In this document: positions 51,825 to 64,000 of the stretch, one piece after another | Position numbering within the stretch: position 1 is the first letter of the stretch | How the letters are laid out: the number at the start of each line of letters is the position of its first letter | From: Camelus ferus | Taxonomy: Eukaryota | Assembly: GCF_009834535.1 (NCBI RefSeq) | Contig: NC_045696.1 | Span: forward strand, 107,758,001 to 107,822,000 | DNA: 64,000 nucleotides | Direction of reading: 5' to 3' | Program-made: the position numbers and the translations under genes | Notes under the pieces: model-generated | Database searches by the model: none | What the model saw: the letters and a program-made list of their open reading frames with translations, nothing else | Told to the model about the DNA's origin: nothing

Positions 51825-52546
51825 ATTTAATTTAATTTTTTAATTGAAGTTTAATCAGTTGAAGTGAATCAGTTTCTGGCGTATAGCACAATGTCCCAGT
51901 CATGCGTATACATACATACATTCATTTTCATATTCTTGTTCATTAAAGGTTATTACAAGATACTGAGTATAGTTCCCTGTGCTATATAGAGCTTTTTTTT
52001 TTTTTTGCTTTTTTTACATTTGTTTTTATATATAGTGGCTAACATTTGCAAATCTCAAACTCCCAAATTTATCCCTTCCCACTCTCTTTTCCCTGGTAAT
52101 TATAAGATTGTTTACTGTGTCTGCAAGTCTGTTTCTGTTTTGTAGATGAGTTTGTGTCCTTCATTTTTTCTTTTTTTAGATTCCACATGTAAGTGATATA
52201 TGTTATTTGTCGTTCACAATCTGGCTTACTTCACTTAGAATGACAGTCTCTCGGTCCATCCATGTTGCTGCAAATGGCATTATTTTATTTTTAATGGCTG
52301 AGTAGTATTCCATTTTATAAATATACCACAGCTTCTTTAACTTGTCATCTGTTGATGGATATTTAAGTTGCTTCCATGTCTTGGCTATTGTATATAGTAC
52401 TGCTATGAACATTGGGTGCATGTGTCTTTTTGAATTAGAGTTCCCTTTGGATATATGCCCAGGAGTGGGATTGCTGGATCATATGATAAGTCTAGTTTTA
52501 GTTTTTTGAGGAATCTCCATATTTTCCATATGGCTGCACCAAATTA
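51825..52546 (-). mobile_element. LINE-1 3' end, 5'-truncated
   Basis: ORF2p C-terminus IAKTWKQLKYPSTDD...MEYYSAIK; TSD gacacacttcct / gatacacttcct. Confidence 0.9.
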
Positions 52547-54064
52547 GATACACTTCCTCTTGACTCAGATTGCCAGTTGATTTTACTTTCTAGGATAAGA
52601 TATATTTTTACGATTTTAACAGTGTTATCTGCTGTTTCTTAATTTTCTGGGGAGGAAGTTTCCTTAGGGACATACAGTAGCTATATGGCTGACACTTATC
52701 CTAGCTCCAAGAAGCCCTTGAACCTTCTTCTTTGTTCCTCATAACACTGAAGCTGCCTTTGTTGTGTGGTGTAAAGAGAACCCTCTGGGAAGCTTTTGAG
52801 GGTTAGAATGCTTAACTGAGTGTATAAAATAAGCTTGCCTATAGGCATCTTTAATGGTAGGTTAAAATTTCAAGCATTTCTGTTGGGGAATGGTTGGGCA
52901 ATTCAGTAGGTAACATGAGGCCAGGTAATGGATGTTCTTAGTCTTAGGAACTCAGTGGTGGTGGAGTTATGAATCAATAAGTGATAGTTTTTATGTGTTT
53001 TCTAGCCTATTTTCAGTTCTCAGTATTAGGCATACTCTCCCTAAAACCTCATAGAAGAATACAAAGATGTATAGGGTTTAAGTCCTTTAAGGTGCTTGGT
53101 AGCTCAGGGATGGTTTTGATTGACATGACTGGTGAAAAGGTTAGTGATGGAATGCAAGATGAGGTAAATCCTTACTTAGCTTGTACAATTTGCACATCAT
53201 TAGGGGTTATAAAATGATGACATTCAAATTATGTCATTCTTAATTAGTTGTATTGTTCCCTGAAAGAGAAATTTCTCATCTATGATTTGATTATTTGGTG
53301 GTTTAGTTCTTATGTAGTTAAGTCAGAATAAATACTTCTGGCTCTTTATTTACCAGTTTTCAAACTAATGAGTTGGTTCACTGGCATCATGAAACTGATT
53401 TTTTGTCTTTTTTTAAAATGAATTCTAGAGATTTGAACATTTTAGATGTACTTTATTCCACTGCGTTTATATATGCTCAGATTTTCTCATTTTTGGTCAC
53501 TGGTAACCTCTTCAGGTTTGCTTCTAAGTCCCTTAACCACTACCCTGATTTTTGATAGTTTCCTTGCTTTCTGGCATATGAAAGTAATCAGAACTCATCT
53601 TGCCTAATTTATGGCACAGATCTAGAATCAGCCATTTGTCCAAGAAGCCCTGATTCCTTGGAACAGGAAATTGTTTTTCAGTATCATTGTCTGAGTTCAT
53701 TGCTCTTGTGGTTGATCCCTTGTTTCCAGGCCTTTTCAGTGTATAGTTCTAGGAAGTATGTACATTGAAGATGAACATATGAGTTCATACTGATAAATCC
53801 AATTGAAATTCAGGACTACAGGATTTTTTTTTTAAGTTATTTTTGTATCTTATGACTTTCTTCCTTCCTCCTACTAAAAAAAATCCGGATTCTCGAGGGT
53901 ATCAATATTTGCTTTATCCCATAATTAGACACCCAACAATTTATAGTAACTTTCAACACTATCACCAAAAATGTGATCTGAAAACAAAACAAGGGTTCAA
54001 GGATTATAGTTAACTTTCTATTCTAGAGTCACTTGAAATAGTTAATCTCTTAAGTGGTTATTAC

Positions 54065-55295
54065 TAGTTTTTTCTTTTTCTTTTTTTTTTTTTTAGCTTA
54101 ACAGTATTCTTTCCTATGAATATACTACATTTTGTTTATTCACTAGTTGATAGACATTAGGATTGTTTCTAGCTTTTGTCTATTACAAGTAATGCTGCTC
54201 TGCATATTCACATACATCTCTTTATACAGATGTGTATTTTCATTTGTCTTTGAGTAGGCTCCTACGAGTAGAGTTGCTGGTTTGTATGGTAAATGTGTTT
54301 AACTTTTAAAGAAACTACCAGACTGTTTCCCTATGTGATTTTACCCTTTTACATTCTCACCAGTAATGTAGGAAGGGTTATAGTTTTTCCACATCTTTGC
54401 CAGCTCTTGGTATTGTCTGTCTTTTTGAATTTATCCATACTAATAGGTGTCTACAGTATCCATAATTTTTATGCATCATAAATTAATAGTTAAAGTACTG
54501 GGTATATTTTCATGTGCTTATTCATATATTTTCTTTGGTAAAATGTTTATTCAACTCTTGTTCAGTTTTTAAATTGAGTTGTCTCATTGATTTGTAGGAA
54601 ATTTTTTTCATGTATCATGTTATAAGCCCTTAATCAGATACATGGTTTGCAAGTACTTTTTCCCAGTCTATGGATTATCTTCTCATTTTCTTAATGGTGA
54701 CTTTTGAAGCACAAGTTTCTTATTTTGTGAAATCACTTGACAATTTTTTCCCCTTTTGTGCATTTGATAACACATCTTAATACTGTGCCCAACCCAAAGT
54801 TATGAGGTTTTTTTGCTGAGTTTTCTTCTAGAATTTTAGCAGTTAACATTTATGTGTCTGTGATCCATTTTGAGTATTTGTGTATGTTGTGAGGTAAGGA
54901 TCTAAGTTTATTTTTTGGCATTTGGATGTTGAATTGTCTTGCACAATGTGTGAAAATACCCTCTTTTCCCCTATTGAATCATCTGACCATCTTGTCAGCA
55001 GATCACTTGACCGTAAATGTACACTTCTGTCTGTTCCACTGATTTGTATACCTATCCTTTTGCCATTGCAACACTGTCTTGATTACTGTGACTTTAAAGA
55101 TTTTAAAATTTGGTACTGTACACCATCCAACTTCTTTGTTCTTTTTCAGAATTGTTCTGGCTATCTCAGGTCCTCTCTGATTCCATATGAATTTTAGAAT
55201 CATTCTGTCAATTTCTTAGAAAAAGCCACCTGAGATTCTCATAGGGATTACATCGAATTTATAGGTCAACGTGGGGGAAAATTGTCATCTTGTTT
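54065..55295 (-). mobile_element. Old LINE-1 ORF2 fragment
   Basis: ILKFIWNQRGPEIARTILKKNKEVG...KVTVIKTVLQWQKDR is L1 ORF2p. Confidence 0.85.
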
Positions 55296-56742
55296 GAGGC
55301 CTCTCTGTCTAACCTGAGCTTGTCAGAGCTAGTAAGAGCTGAGCTGTTTGTTCTCCCCATCTGGCCAGCTTCTGTGAAGTCACTTCCAATGCTAATGCTT
55401 CTCGGCTTGTGCATCATCTGTTGTGCTAAATGGAATGAGCCCTCTTCCATCACAGCAGCTTCTAGTCCTCACCAGGGTAACGCTGATGGAGCTGGATGGT
55501 AGGGGAGTACTGAGCAGCGCCAGAGCAGAACACCACAGGTCCCCACAGTGTCCTTACCTGAAATTCTGTTTTTTAGACATAAATGCTTCTCGGATGGTTT
55601 TGTGTCTTTGGTTGTGAAAAGGACTCTCTTTCAAAAATTTTCAGGTTTACAGTTGCTTTATTAGGAGAGGATTTGCTGATTTCATTATAGCCAGAAGTAC
55701 TTTCTCTCACGTGCCTGAGTCTTAAATTACGTAATATATATGAGAAAATAGGTGCTACGCTTAGTTAATTACTATTTATTCTGCATTGAGAACCAAGGAG
55801 CAGTTGCTTCTTTGAGGAATAAGGGTAGACGTGGATCTAGTTGCTTTCCCTTTTCTGTTTCATGTATATAGATCGTTTATAATTTAGGAGTTATGTCAAG
55901 TTAGGGGATCATTTTCACTGTTACACTGTATTGCTATAATTAGGACACTTGTGTTTTATGACCATGGTCATTTTGTATTCTGTCAGAAGAATTTGAGTCC
56001 AGTATTATGCCGTTTTTTTTTTTTTGTTGTTGTTGTTCTTTTGATACACTTAAACATAATTCTTTTTTGATTGTCATTATATTTTGATTTCCTCTGAAAG
56101 AATTTGAGTTTAGTAGTATTTCCTTTTTTAATAAATGAACATAGTTCTTTTTCATCATAACTACATATTGATCTTTCCTTAGTTTATGATTAGTACATAT
56201 ATACAGTAAATGGTTTGAAATTGTACTTTTTTCTGTGAAGATGCCTTTGTACTGAGTTATTAATGCCCTCAATTGATGTTTAATGGGGACAGGGACTAAA
56301 TCTCTCTCAGTCATTTTTTTTTTTTTTTCCAGTGTCTAACAGTCAGTACAATTTTGTTCAATATGTTGCAGCATTATCATGTTGTGTTAAGTTGAGGTTC
56401 CATGTGTTTTAGGCCTAGTTTGTGTTTTTGATGACTGACCTCCACCTCTTTTTAGCCTTTGGAGAAGAGAATAAGAAAGTGGACCAGAACATACTGTTTT
56501 AGGAGAGAAACACAGACTCGAGGAAGATTGTGTTTGAGATAAAGAAATAGGGAATATGGCACGGAAGTGAAATGAGCTACTGAGTATTTTTCTGTTTCCT
56601 ATAAGATTCATGTTTTATTATCTGGTCTGGTGAGTTTAACCCATCTTAACTTTAATAGATTACCTATAATCTCAACTTTAGTGTATGAAATTATGAATTT
56701 ATTTTACTAAAATCTTTGCTTTCCTCCTCTTTTCCCTCTTAG

Positions 56743-58334
56743 GACATTTGCTACAAGATCCTATTGCACCCACCAACTCCACCTGCCAACACTATGTCTG
56801 CAAAAGTTGTAAAGGCAAGAAAATGATGATGAAACCTTCATGTAGCTGGTGTAAAGACTATGAGCAGTTTGAGGAAAACAAGCAGTTAAGCATCCTAGTG
56901 AACTGCTACAAAAAACTATGTGAATATATAACACAGACTACATTGGCACGGGATATAATAGAAGCAGTCGACTGTTCTTCTGATATTCTGGCTTTGCTTA
57001 ATGATGGATCATTGTTTTGTGAGGAGACGGAAAAACCCTCAGATTCATCCTTTACTTTGTGTTTGACACATTCCCCTTTACCTTCAACCTCAGAACCCAC
57101 AACTGATCCTCAAGCAAGTTTATCTCCAATATCTGAAAGCACCCTCAGCATTGCTATTGGCAGTTCTGTTATCAATGGTTTGCCTACTTACAATGGGCTT
57201 TCAATAGATAGATTTGGTATAAATATTCCTTCACCTGAACATCCAAATACGATTGATGTATGTAACACTGTTGACATAAAAACTGAGGATCTGTCTGACA
57301 GTTTGCCACCTGTCTGTGACACGGTAGCCACTGACTTATGCTCCACAGGCATTGATATCTGCAGTTTCAGTGAAGATATAAAACCTGGTGACTCTCTGTT
57401 ACTGAGTGTTGAGGAAGTACTCCGCAGCTTAGAAACTGTTTCAAATACAGAAGTTTGTTGTCCTAATTTGCAGCCCAACCTGGAGGCCACTGTATCCAAT
57501 GGACCTTTTCTGCAGCTCTCTTCCCAGTCTCTTAGCCATAACGTTTTTATGTCTACCAGTCCTGCACTTCATGGGTTATCATGTACAGCAGCAACTCCGA
57601 AAGTAGCAAAATTGAATAGAAAACGATCCAGATCAGAAAGTGACAGTGAGAAAGTTCAGCCACTTCCAATTTCTACCATTATCCGAGGCCCAACGTTGGG
57701 GGCATCTGCTCCTGTGACAGTGAAACGAGAGAGCAAAATTTCTCTTCAGCCTATAGCAACTGTTCCCAATGGAGGCACGACACCCAAAATCAGCAAAACT
57801 GTACTTTTATCTACTAAAAGCATGAAAAAGAGTCATGAACATGGATCCAAGAAATCTCACTCTAAAACCAAGCCAGGTATTCTTAAAAAAGACAAGACAG
57901 TAAAGGAAAAGATTCCTAGTCATCATTTTATGCCAGGAAGTCCTACCAAGACTGTGTATAAAAAACCCCAGGAAAAGAAAGGGTGTAAATGTGGGCGTGC
58001 TACTCAGAATCCAAGTGTTCTTACCTGCCGTGGCCAGCGCTGCCCCTGCTACTCTAACCGCAAAGCCTGCTTAGATTGTATATGTCGTGGCTGCCAAAAC
58101 TCCTATATGGCCAATGGGGAGAAGAAGCTGGAGGCATTTGCCGTGCCAGAAAAGGCCTTGGAGCAGACCAGGCTCACTTTGGGCATTAATGTGACTAGCA
58201 TCGCTGTGCGCAATGCTAGTACCAGCACCAGTGTAATTAATGTCACAGGGTCCCCAGTAACGACGTTTTTAGCTGCCAGTACACATGATGATAAAAGTTT
58301 GGATGAAGCTATAGACATGAGATTCGACTGTTAA
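56743..58334 (+). CDS. MSL2: MSL2 coding exon 2 (rest of RING finger, central region, CXC domain ~57984-58100)
   Basis: Polypyrimidine tract + AG at 56741-56742; joins exon 1 as CCVC-G-HLLQDP; 142+1592=1734 nt = 577 aa + stop; CXC CKCGRATQNPSVLTCRGQRCPCYSNRKACLDCICRGCQN. Confidence 0.98.
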
Positions 58335-60645
58335 ATCAGTGGGTCTTTAAACCTACCTCTGGTAGGGAAATAGCTACAGTTTTACGGCAGCTATGGTTTT
58401 GTTGGTTTAACTTGCCGGAGCTCCTGCATATAGATCACTTGTATCAAGTGTTTTCATTGCTAAGTTATATGTGTTAGTGTCGGGGAAATAGTTTGCAGAT
58501 AATGGAGGAGTAACCCTACAACTATATGTCCTTAGTTCTTACAGAACCTCATAGTTTGAGAACAAATGCTGATGCAACTGATTTATACAAAATGAACTTT
58601 GGCAAGGAGAATAACATTAACCTCATTGTTTATGGTCATGCTTTGTGCATAATCAAAGTTTATGATTAAATGTAAGGAAGTGGTATCTAGTCAGTCCATA
58701 AAGATTGTGCTCGTATTTTCTGAAAAAGTAGCCATTAGTTTGTTCAGGAGCCTCAGTGCTACCTTCACATTGCCACTGATGTTTCTCCTGTTGAAAAGCT
58801 CATGTGTCCAGCTCAACCTTTGTGGTGACATAATACCATTTCTGATCATGAAAATTGGCTACTGGTGTATGTAGCAGTTCTTAAATCAGCAGTATTATGA
58901 AAGAAAATTTGCCCCTCATTAGAATGTTGAAGAAATCTGTCTTTTAAAAAGTGAACAAACTGAAATTCTGTCAGACTGCAGATGTTTAGCTGTTTATGCC
59001 GCAGAACTTCTGAGTTGATGCCCATTTTTAGTTAAGTCTGACTCCTTTCTAGGAAAAAAAAACTAAATGCTTCCATCACTTTGAGCAATGTTCTAATTAG
59101 ATAAATGAAGTGGAGAAGAGCAGTTTTATTCTGAAGATAATTGAATTTAGACTATAGTATATGACAGAATTTTTTAAAAATTATAAAAAATGTTTTACTT
59201 AGAAATTGGAATTTATTTAAAATTTTGGAATGATGCTCCAAAACTTATCCAGATTTATGCATTATACCTATTGCTATTGGCCACTTCTTTGATTTTTTGT
59301 TTCCTCTAATGGTTTGCCACAGATTTTATTTTGAATATGCTGTTTTTTCTTTTCTTTTTTTTTAGGGTGCTATTTGTTGTGGAGGCTTCTTTATGGAGGT
59401 CTAATAAAAATGCCTTTTATGAAGCCTGTGCATTTAAGTAGGTTTGAGGCTAGGAGGATTTTCTTTAGAATACTCTTTTGCATGTAAAGCACAAAACCGT
59501 TTCAGTTTAAATGCACTTCTTCCCTGTAATTTTTATGGGGAAGACAAGTGAGTCACAAACATTCTGTTGAAGGGAAATCTAGTCAGTTGCTTGAAAGAGC
59601 ACAGCCCAGATAAAACAAGGACTGACTAGGTTGTTGTAAAGAAATGACCTTATGATTTAAAAGAAGAGTTGCTGCTTTGACAGTGCTTATTTAAAGAAAA
59701 AAATACTGCTGGAAAAATTTCAGTTTCTACTACGTTCACCATCTCTCCTGAGATCTGACATATGTTGAAGTTGTTTTGATTTGGCACACAGCATGTTCAA
59801 TGATGGTTACTCACCTAGTACAAGACATGGAGAAGAAACCTTTCGACACAGAGCAGATGACACCTCCTTCTGTTTTGTAGTGTATCTTGGTGTCATTTTC
59901 TGTGAATGTGGTCAGGTAGAGTTGTTTTCGTTGTTGTTGTTGGGCTTTTTTTTTTTTTTTTTTTTTTTTTTTTGGTCTCTCTTGGTGGGGTGGGGGTGGG
60001 CTAAAGCCATAGGAAGAAAAATGTGATGTATGTGTCCAGTATGTACTATTTTGTTTTTGTTTTGCAAGAAGAGTTGAACTATTTTTGATAACAAGAGTAA
60101 ATGGTGGAAAATGCTTCTTAGTTGTCTTGTCTTTATTTGCTTTCCAAGTTTTGGAATTTTATTTAATTCCTCTAAGTGTTAGCAGTGTCTTATGAAACAT
60201 GTATTCGCCTAAAGTTTGTAACAGTTTTGTGTTGAACTCAGATGCCCTGCTATAATCTTGTAAATCTGTTCTTTATTTACTAATGATCACTGCAAAAATG
60301 ACTAGAAATGAGATTGTACACATGGATGATTAGGGTATATTTTGCAAATCTCCCAAACTCTCCTAATATTATGATCTTAAAATTCCGAAAGTACTTTATT
60401 GCTTCCCAAGTTTGATAATGTTAGTTTTGTGTTTTTTTTGATGCATGGGAGGTTGGCAATATAGACAAAGTGGAAATCATTAGTATGTGAGGGCCTTGAT
60501 TGTTATGTAATATTGCCAATGGTGAATTCAGGTTGTTTTTAGCACAAGTTTCTCTTTTTTATGCTGGTATTCTCACTGCCACACTTTTGGAAACCTGTAT
60601 TACACCTTAAATCTATCAATAAATGTTAGTTTTCTAATTCTATGT
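58335..60645 (+). other. MSL2: MSL2 3' UTR
   Basis: Repeat-free AU-rich sequence after stop; AATAAA at 59403-59408 and 60618-60623. Confidence 0.75.
60618..60623 (+). terminator. Likely distal MSL2 polyadenylation signal
   Basis: AATAAA with upstream TGTA (60596) and downstream GT/T-rich sequence. Confidence 0.7.
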
Positions 60646-61549
60646 TGTAGAATACTGAGGAGTTCGGGATAGCATGCTCTGAATGGCCTATATTATATAC
60701 ATTTGGGGAAGAGTAATTAATTACAGTGCCTTGATTTCTACATTGTCTGTCTTTATACCATGAGTTATTTTAGGAATGCTGACCAGTGGCTAACAAAGGA
60801 TGACTGAAAAATTATTACTGAAGTAACTGGGTTTACTTCAGCAGGATTTGAAACCACCAAAGCAATAACAGCATTTAACTTGTTCTTTTGAGTCCTTCTA
60901 ATGAACATAAATGATCCAATGATCATCACCTTAGGTGACAGAAGTTTTAGAGCTGACAGTGTATCTTTTTGATTTTCCGTAGGTCTGTACCTCCAAGCAG
61001 AGGTCTGATACGGTCCTAGGATAAAGAGTTCCTTGACTGTGCTCTTAGTTCTCTTAAGACAACTCTATGGAGGCCTTGCTGAAGGAAAGCTAAAATTTTA
61101 CAACAGATGAAAAATAAAATTTCCTTTCCCATATTGTAGGCAACAAATATAAAATGCTTTAGAAAATATTAAGTTCGAAGTACAGTATTAGAATCTAATG
61201 CATGGGTGGTATTTTGTCTCCTTTTTTAAAAATTAAGTTTTAGATACCCAAATAGCAAATACACATTCTTTTAAAAGAATATATTATTCATAAGGCTAAA
61301 GTCTCCTTTGATCCCTGTGAACCTCTCATTCCCAAACCCAAATCCCCAAATTCCCATCCTCAGAGGAAATCACTGCTCAGTATGAGGTGTTATTCTTCCA
61401 GATCTTTCTTTATAAAGTCTTGTTGGGGGTTCAAAGAGTTACTCTCTTTGAAACTCAAGCTTGTTTACAGTGCTACTCTTTCAAACATAAAAATGAATTG
61501 CAAGTGTGCTTATAGCCAGAAGTGTGTAGTGCTTATCTTAGTGAGCGCT

Positions 61550-64000
61550 GATTCATATTTGACAATTTGTCTTTATTTAGTTTTGCAAAAAGGGAAAAAC
61601 AAATAGTTAAATCATGCAGGCTTCTCCACCCAAACACACCGTAACATTTCCAAAAGTCGAGCAAATGACTTATCTCATTTGATCAATCTAGAGTTTTATA
61701 AACAGTCTGAACAGTACACAATGACATAGATAAGATGCAGGGAAAATACACAGAATTTTATTAGTTTGATTACCTTAGCAATTAATGTTATGCTGTGAAA
61801 CCAATTTTTCTTTGACTAGCATTAAGATCATAACCCTCAACTTTTATCACGGAGCCTGGGATATTGTAACAACTTGAAATTTCCATTTGGGTAGTAATGA
61901 TTATATTCAGCATGATCGTTACCAGAAAGTCAATTACATGCTATCTTTCCTCAGAATTTACATTTCTTACATTCAGTTCTAAGAAGGGAATACAATGAAA
62001 CACATTCTTATGTCTGAAAATCTGATTCTTTGGGTAACCTAAATTAAGAGCCCTATCTTAAATGGAATGGTATTGGTAGCTGTACTTTTGTAATTAGACT
62101 TTTGAATCCAAATACTGACCAAAGTGAAAAGCGAGAGGACTTTGGTAGAGAGAAACAAAGTAAAGCCATGTAAAAAGCCAAAATACAAACTGAGAAATTG
62201 AATTTTGCTGAGTCTTAGAAATAGTTTAGATCATTATGGCTAATAAAACATTTAAACCATACCTGGCTTCTAAAAAAAATTACCTTTTTAGTATTTTTAA
62301 TCTGAAATTTAAGAAAAAATAGCTTCCCTTCCCTGGTAAAGGTTGGATGGGATAGATTTCATGTACCACATAAATACTTTTAATCCTAATGATTTACCAG
62401 TGTTTTGGTTATTGCATGTATTGTTTCCTAAATATGTAGTCATGTTTAAGCTTTTATTCTTTTGTGAACTATCAGAAACTAAGTTTAATAGTTACCACTT
62501 TCTGTAACAGTTAAATGGAGGATCAGTTCTGATCATGAAGGTAAAGTAACAGGAAACTGGGAGGACGCAGACAGGAAGGATCGCTGACTCAGTAACTATC
62601 AGTTGTTGGTGCATTTTCGAAATTCTCTTTTTCTCTACTTTTTGCCTACTGTAGCCCAAGGTTTGATTATTTCAGAGTTTGGCCTTCACACCAGCAAGGG
62701 AACCAATGTGGGATAGAAAGGGAGCTATTCTGACATTCAGGACTTGTGGTTAAAACAAAAAATCCAGGGGAAAACTTGATGACTTTGACAGGTGGATATT
62801 GAAAAGTTTCTTGGGGGTTTCTTATACTATCAGAAATTCCCATCTTTTTAAAATAGTTTATTTTCAATTTTATCTTCAAGGATATTGCAGGATTTTGGTG
62901 GATTGTGGCTTGCTGAAAAATGTATTCTATAATGACCACTGTAGTAAAAATGAAATAGCTTTTTTTTTGTTTAAATGGGTGCCATCACCGTTCTCATCCA
63001 TTTTTGTGATAAATACTTAGGTCGATGCAATATTTCGAGTAGTTTGTTTTCAACGTGAAGCAAAGAAAATGTTTATATTGAGGACTTCCCTGTTAGCCTT
63101 CTCTAAGATTCAGTGATAAAAGGAGTATGTCTAGTTAGGAATTTTCATATATATTTAGATCTTCAAGTAGGCCTGATAGGAAGTGTAGATGGGATATCAG
63201 CTAATTTGGAGATTAATAAATCATTCAGTAAGTCTCTACAAATGTTAGATGAGTTAAAAGGAAACAAAGTCTGAGTCAAATTCTGTACTTGTCTTCAATT
63301 AAGTTTTTCTTCAGATTTTATATAAGAGCCACAGTAAGGATGAGGAAAGATTATTTAGAGCTTGCCAGCAAGGTTGGAAGGCCTAGTGGTTACAATACCT
63401 GAGGATGTAAAGTGACTAGCAGTTTGGCAGGTCATTGTGAAATTACATTAAACCAAGTAAGTTCAAGATCTTTGAACTCCAGTACACATATAATTAAGAG
63501 AAGTCTCTGAGATGTTTTGGCAGTGCTTTTATTACCAGGGCTAATTCAGTTCTGGAGGCCCTGACTGCTTTTTCAAGTTCCAGAATTTTCTGACTCAAGT
63601 TTTCTGCAAGTGAAGGTTTCTTCTGGGCTCCATGGGAGCCCTGATGGGCCTCAGGGATGCTGGACAACAGAGGCAACTCCTGCTTTTGTGCAGAGAACTG
63701 TGCTTGGCACTGTCCCCAAGAGATCCTTGGTACATTCAGGGGTGAAGAGTGCTGATTCACAGACTGGTGATAGAAACAAATTTGCTTCTGAGGAAAAGCT
63801 CTGTAAGAGGTTTGAGGCAAATTGGAGGAGTCTCCCAAATTGAGTATGTGTATCCAGAGCTATTGCTCAAAAACGTTTAAAAGTGCCTACTGCAGATACA
63901 CATTTGCAGAAATCAAAGTCTTTAAAAAGCAGTTTGCAAACTAGAGCATCTCTTCACAAGAAAAAAAAAAAACACTTAAAGTACGCATCTCCCTTTCACG
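61550..64000 (-). other. PPP2R3A: Probable 3' UTR of the convergent neighbour PPP2R3A (no coding sequence recognised in window)
   Basis: Known mammalian order PPP2R3A-MSL2-PCCB; repeat-poor AT-rich sequence; minus-strand AATAAA at 61572-61577. Synteny inference only. Confidence 0.5.

Noticed and set aside
56748..58334. 528-aa ORF as a stand-alone intronless gene or retrocopy
   Set aside because: Its start is a TTG just after a splice acceptor; it is MSL2 exon 2
58369..58394. Small hairpin ATAGCT...AGCTAT just after the MSL2 stop
   Set aside because: Only a 6-bp perfect stem; not distinguishable from chance without covariation data

Overview
Mammalian genomic DNA, probably camelid judging by the recurrent short tRNA-derived SINE. 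It contains the first coding exon and CpG-island promoter of PCCB (minus strand, 845-1027), then ~28 kb of repeat-rich intergenic DNA (L1, ERVL/MaLR LTRs, SINEs, MER DNA elements, with several nested insertions). Next is the complete two-exon MSL2 coding sequence on the plus strand (31528-31669 + 56743-58334 = 577 aa, RING + CXC), with a large CpG island and a ~2.3 kb 3' UTR. The right end is probably the convergent 3' UTR of PPP2R3A, inferred from synteny. I see no new protein-coding gene, CRISPR array or RNA gene. The most promising undescribed biology is in the MSL2 leader: four short uORFs, a 91-codon Cys-rich ORF overlapping the MSL2 start, an in-frame open N-terminal extension and a possible 5'-UTR splice acceptor. 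There are also some unusual retrotransposition scars and a small two-LTR ERVL provirus. Repeat family names are by eye and need RepeatMasker confirmation.
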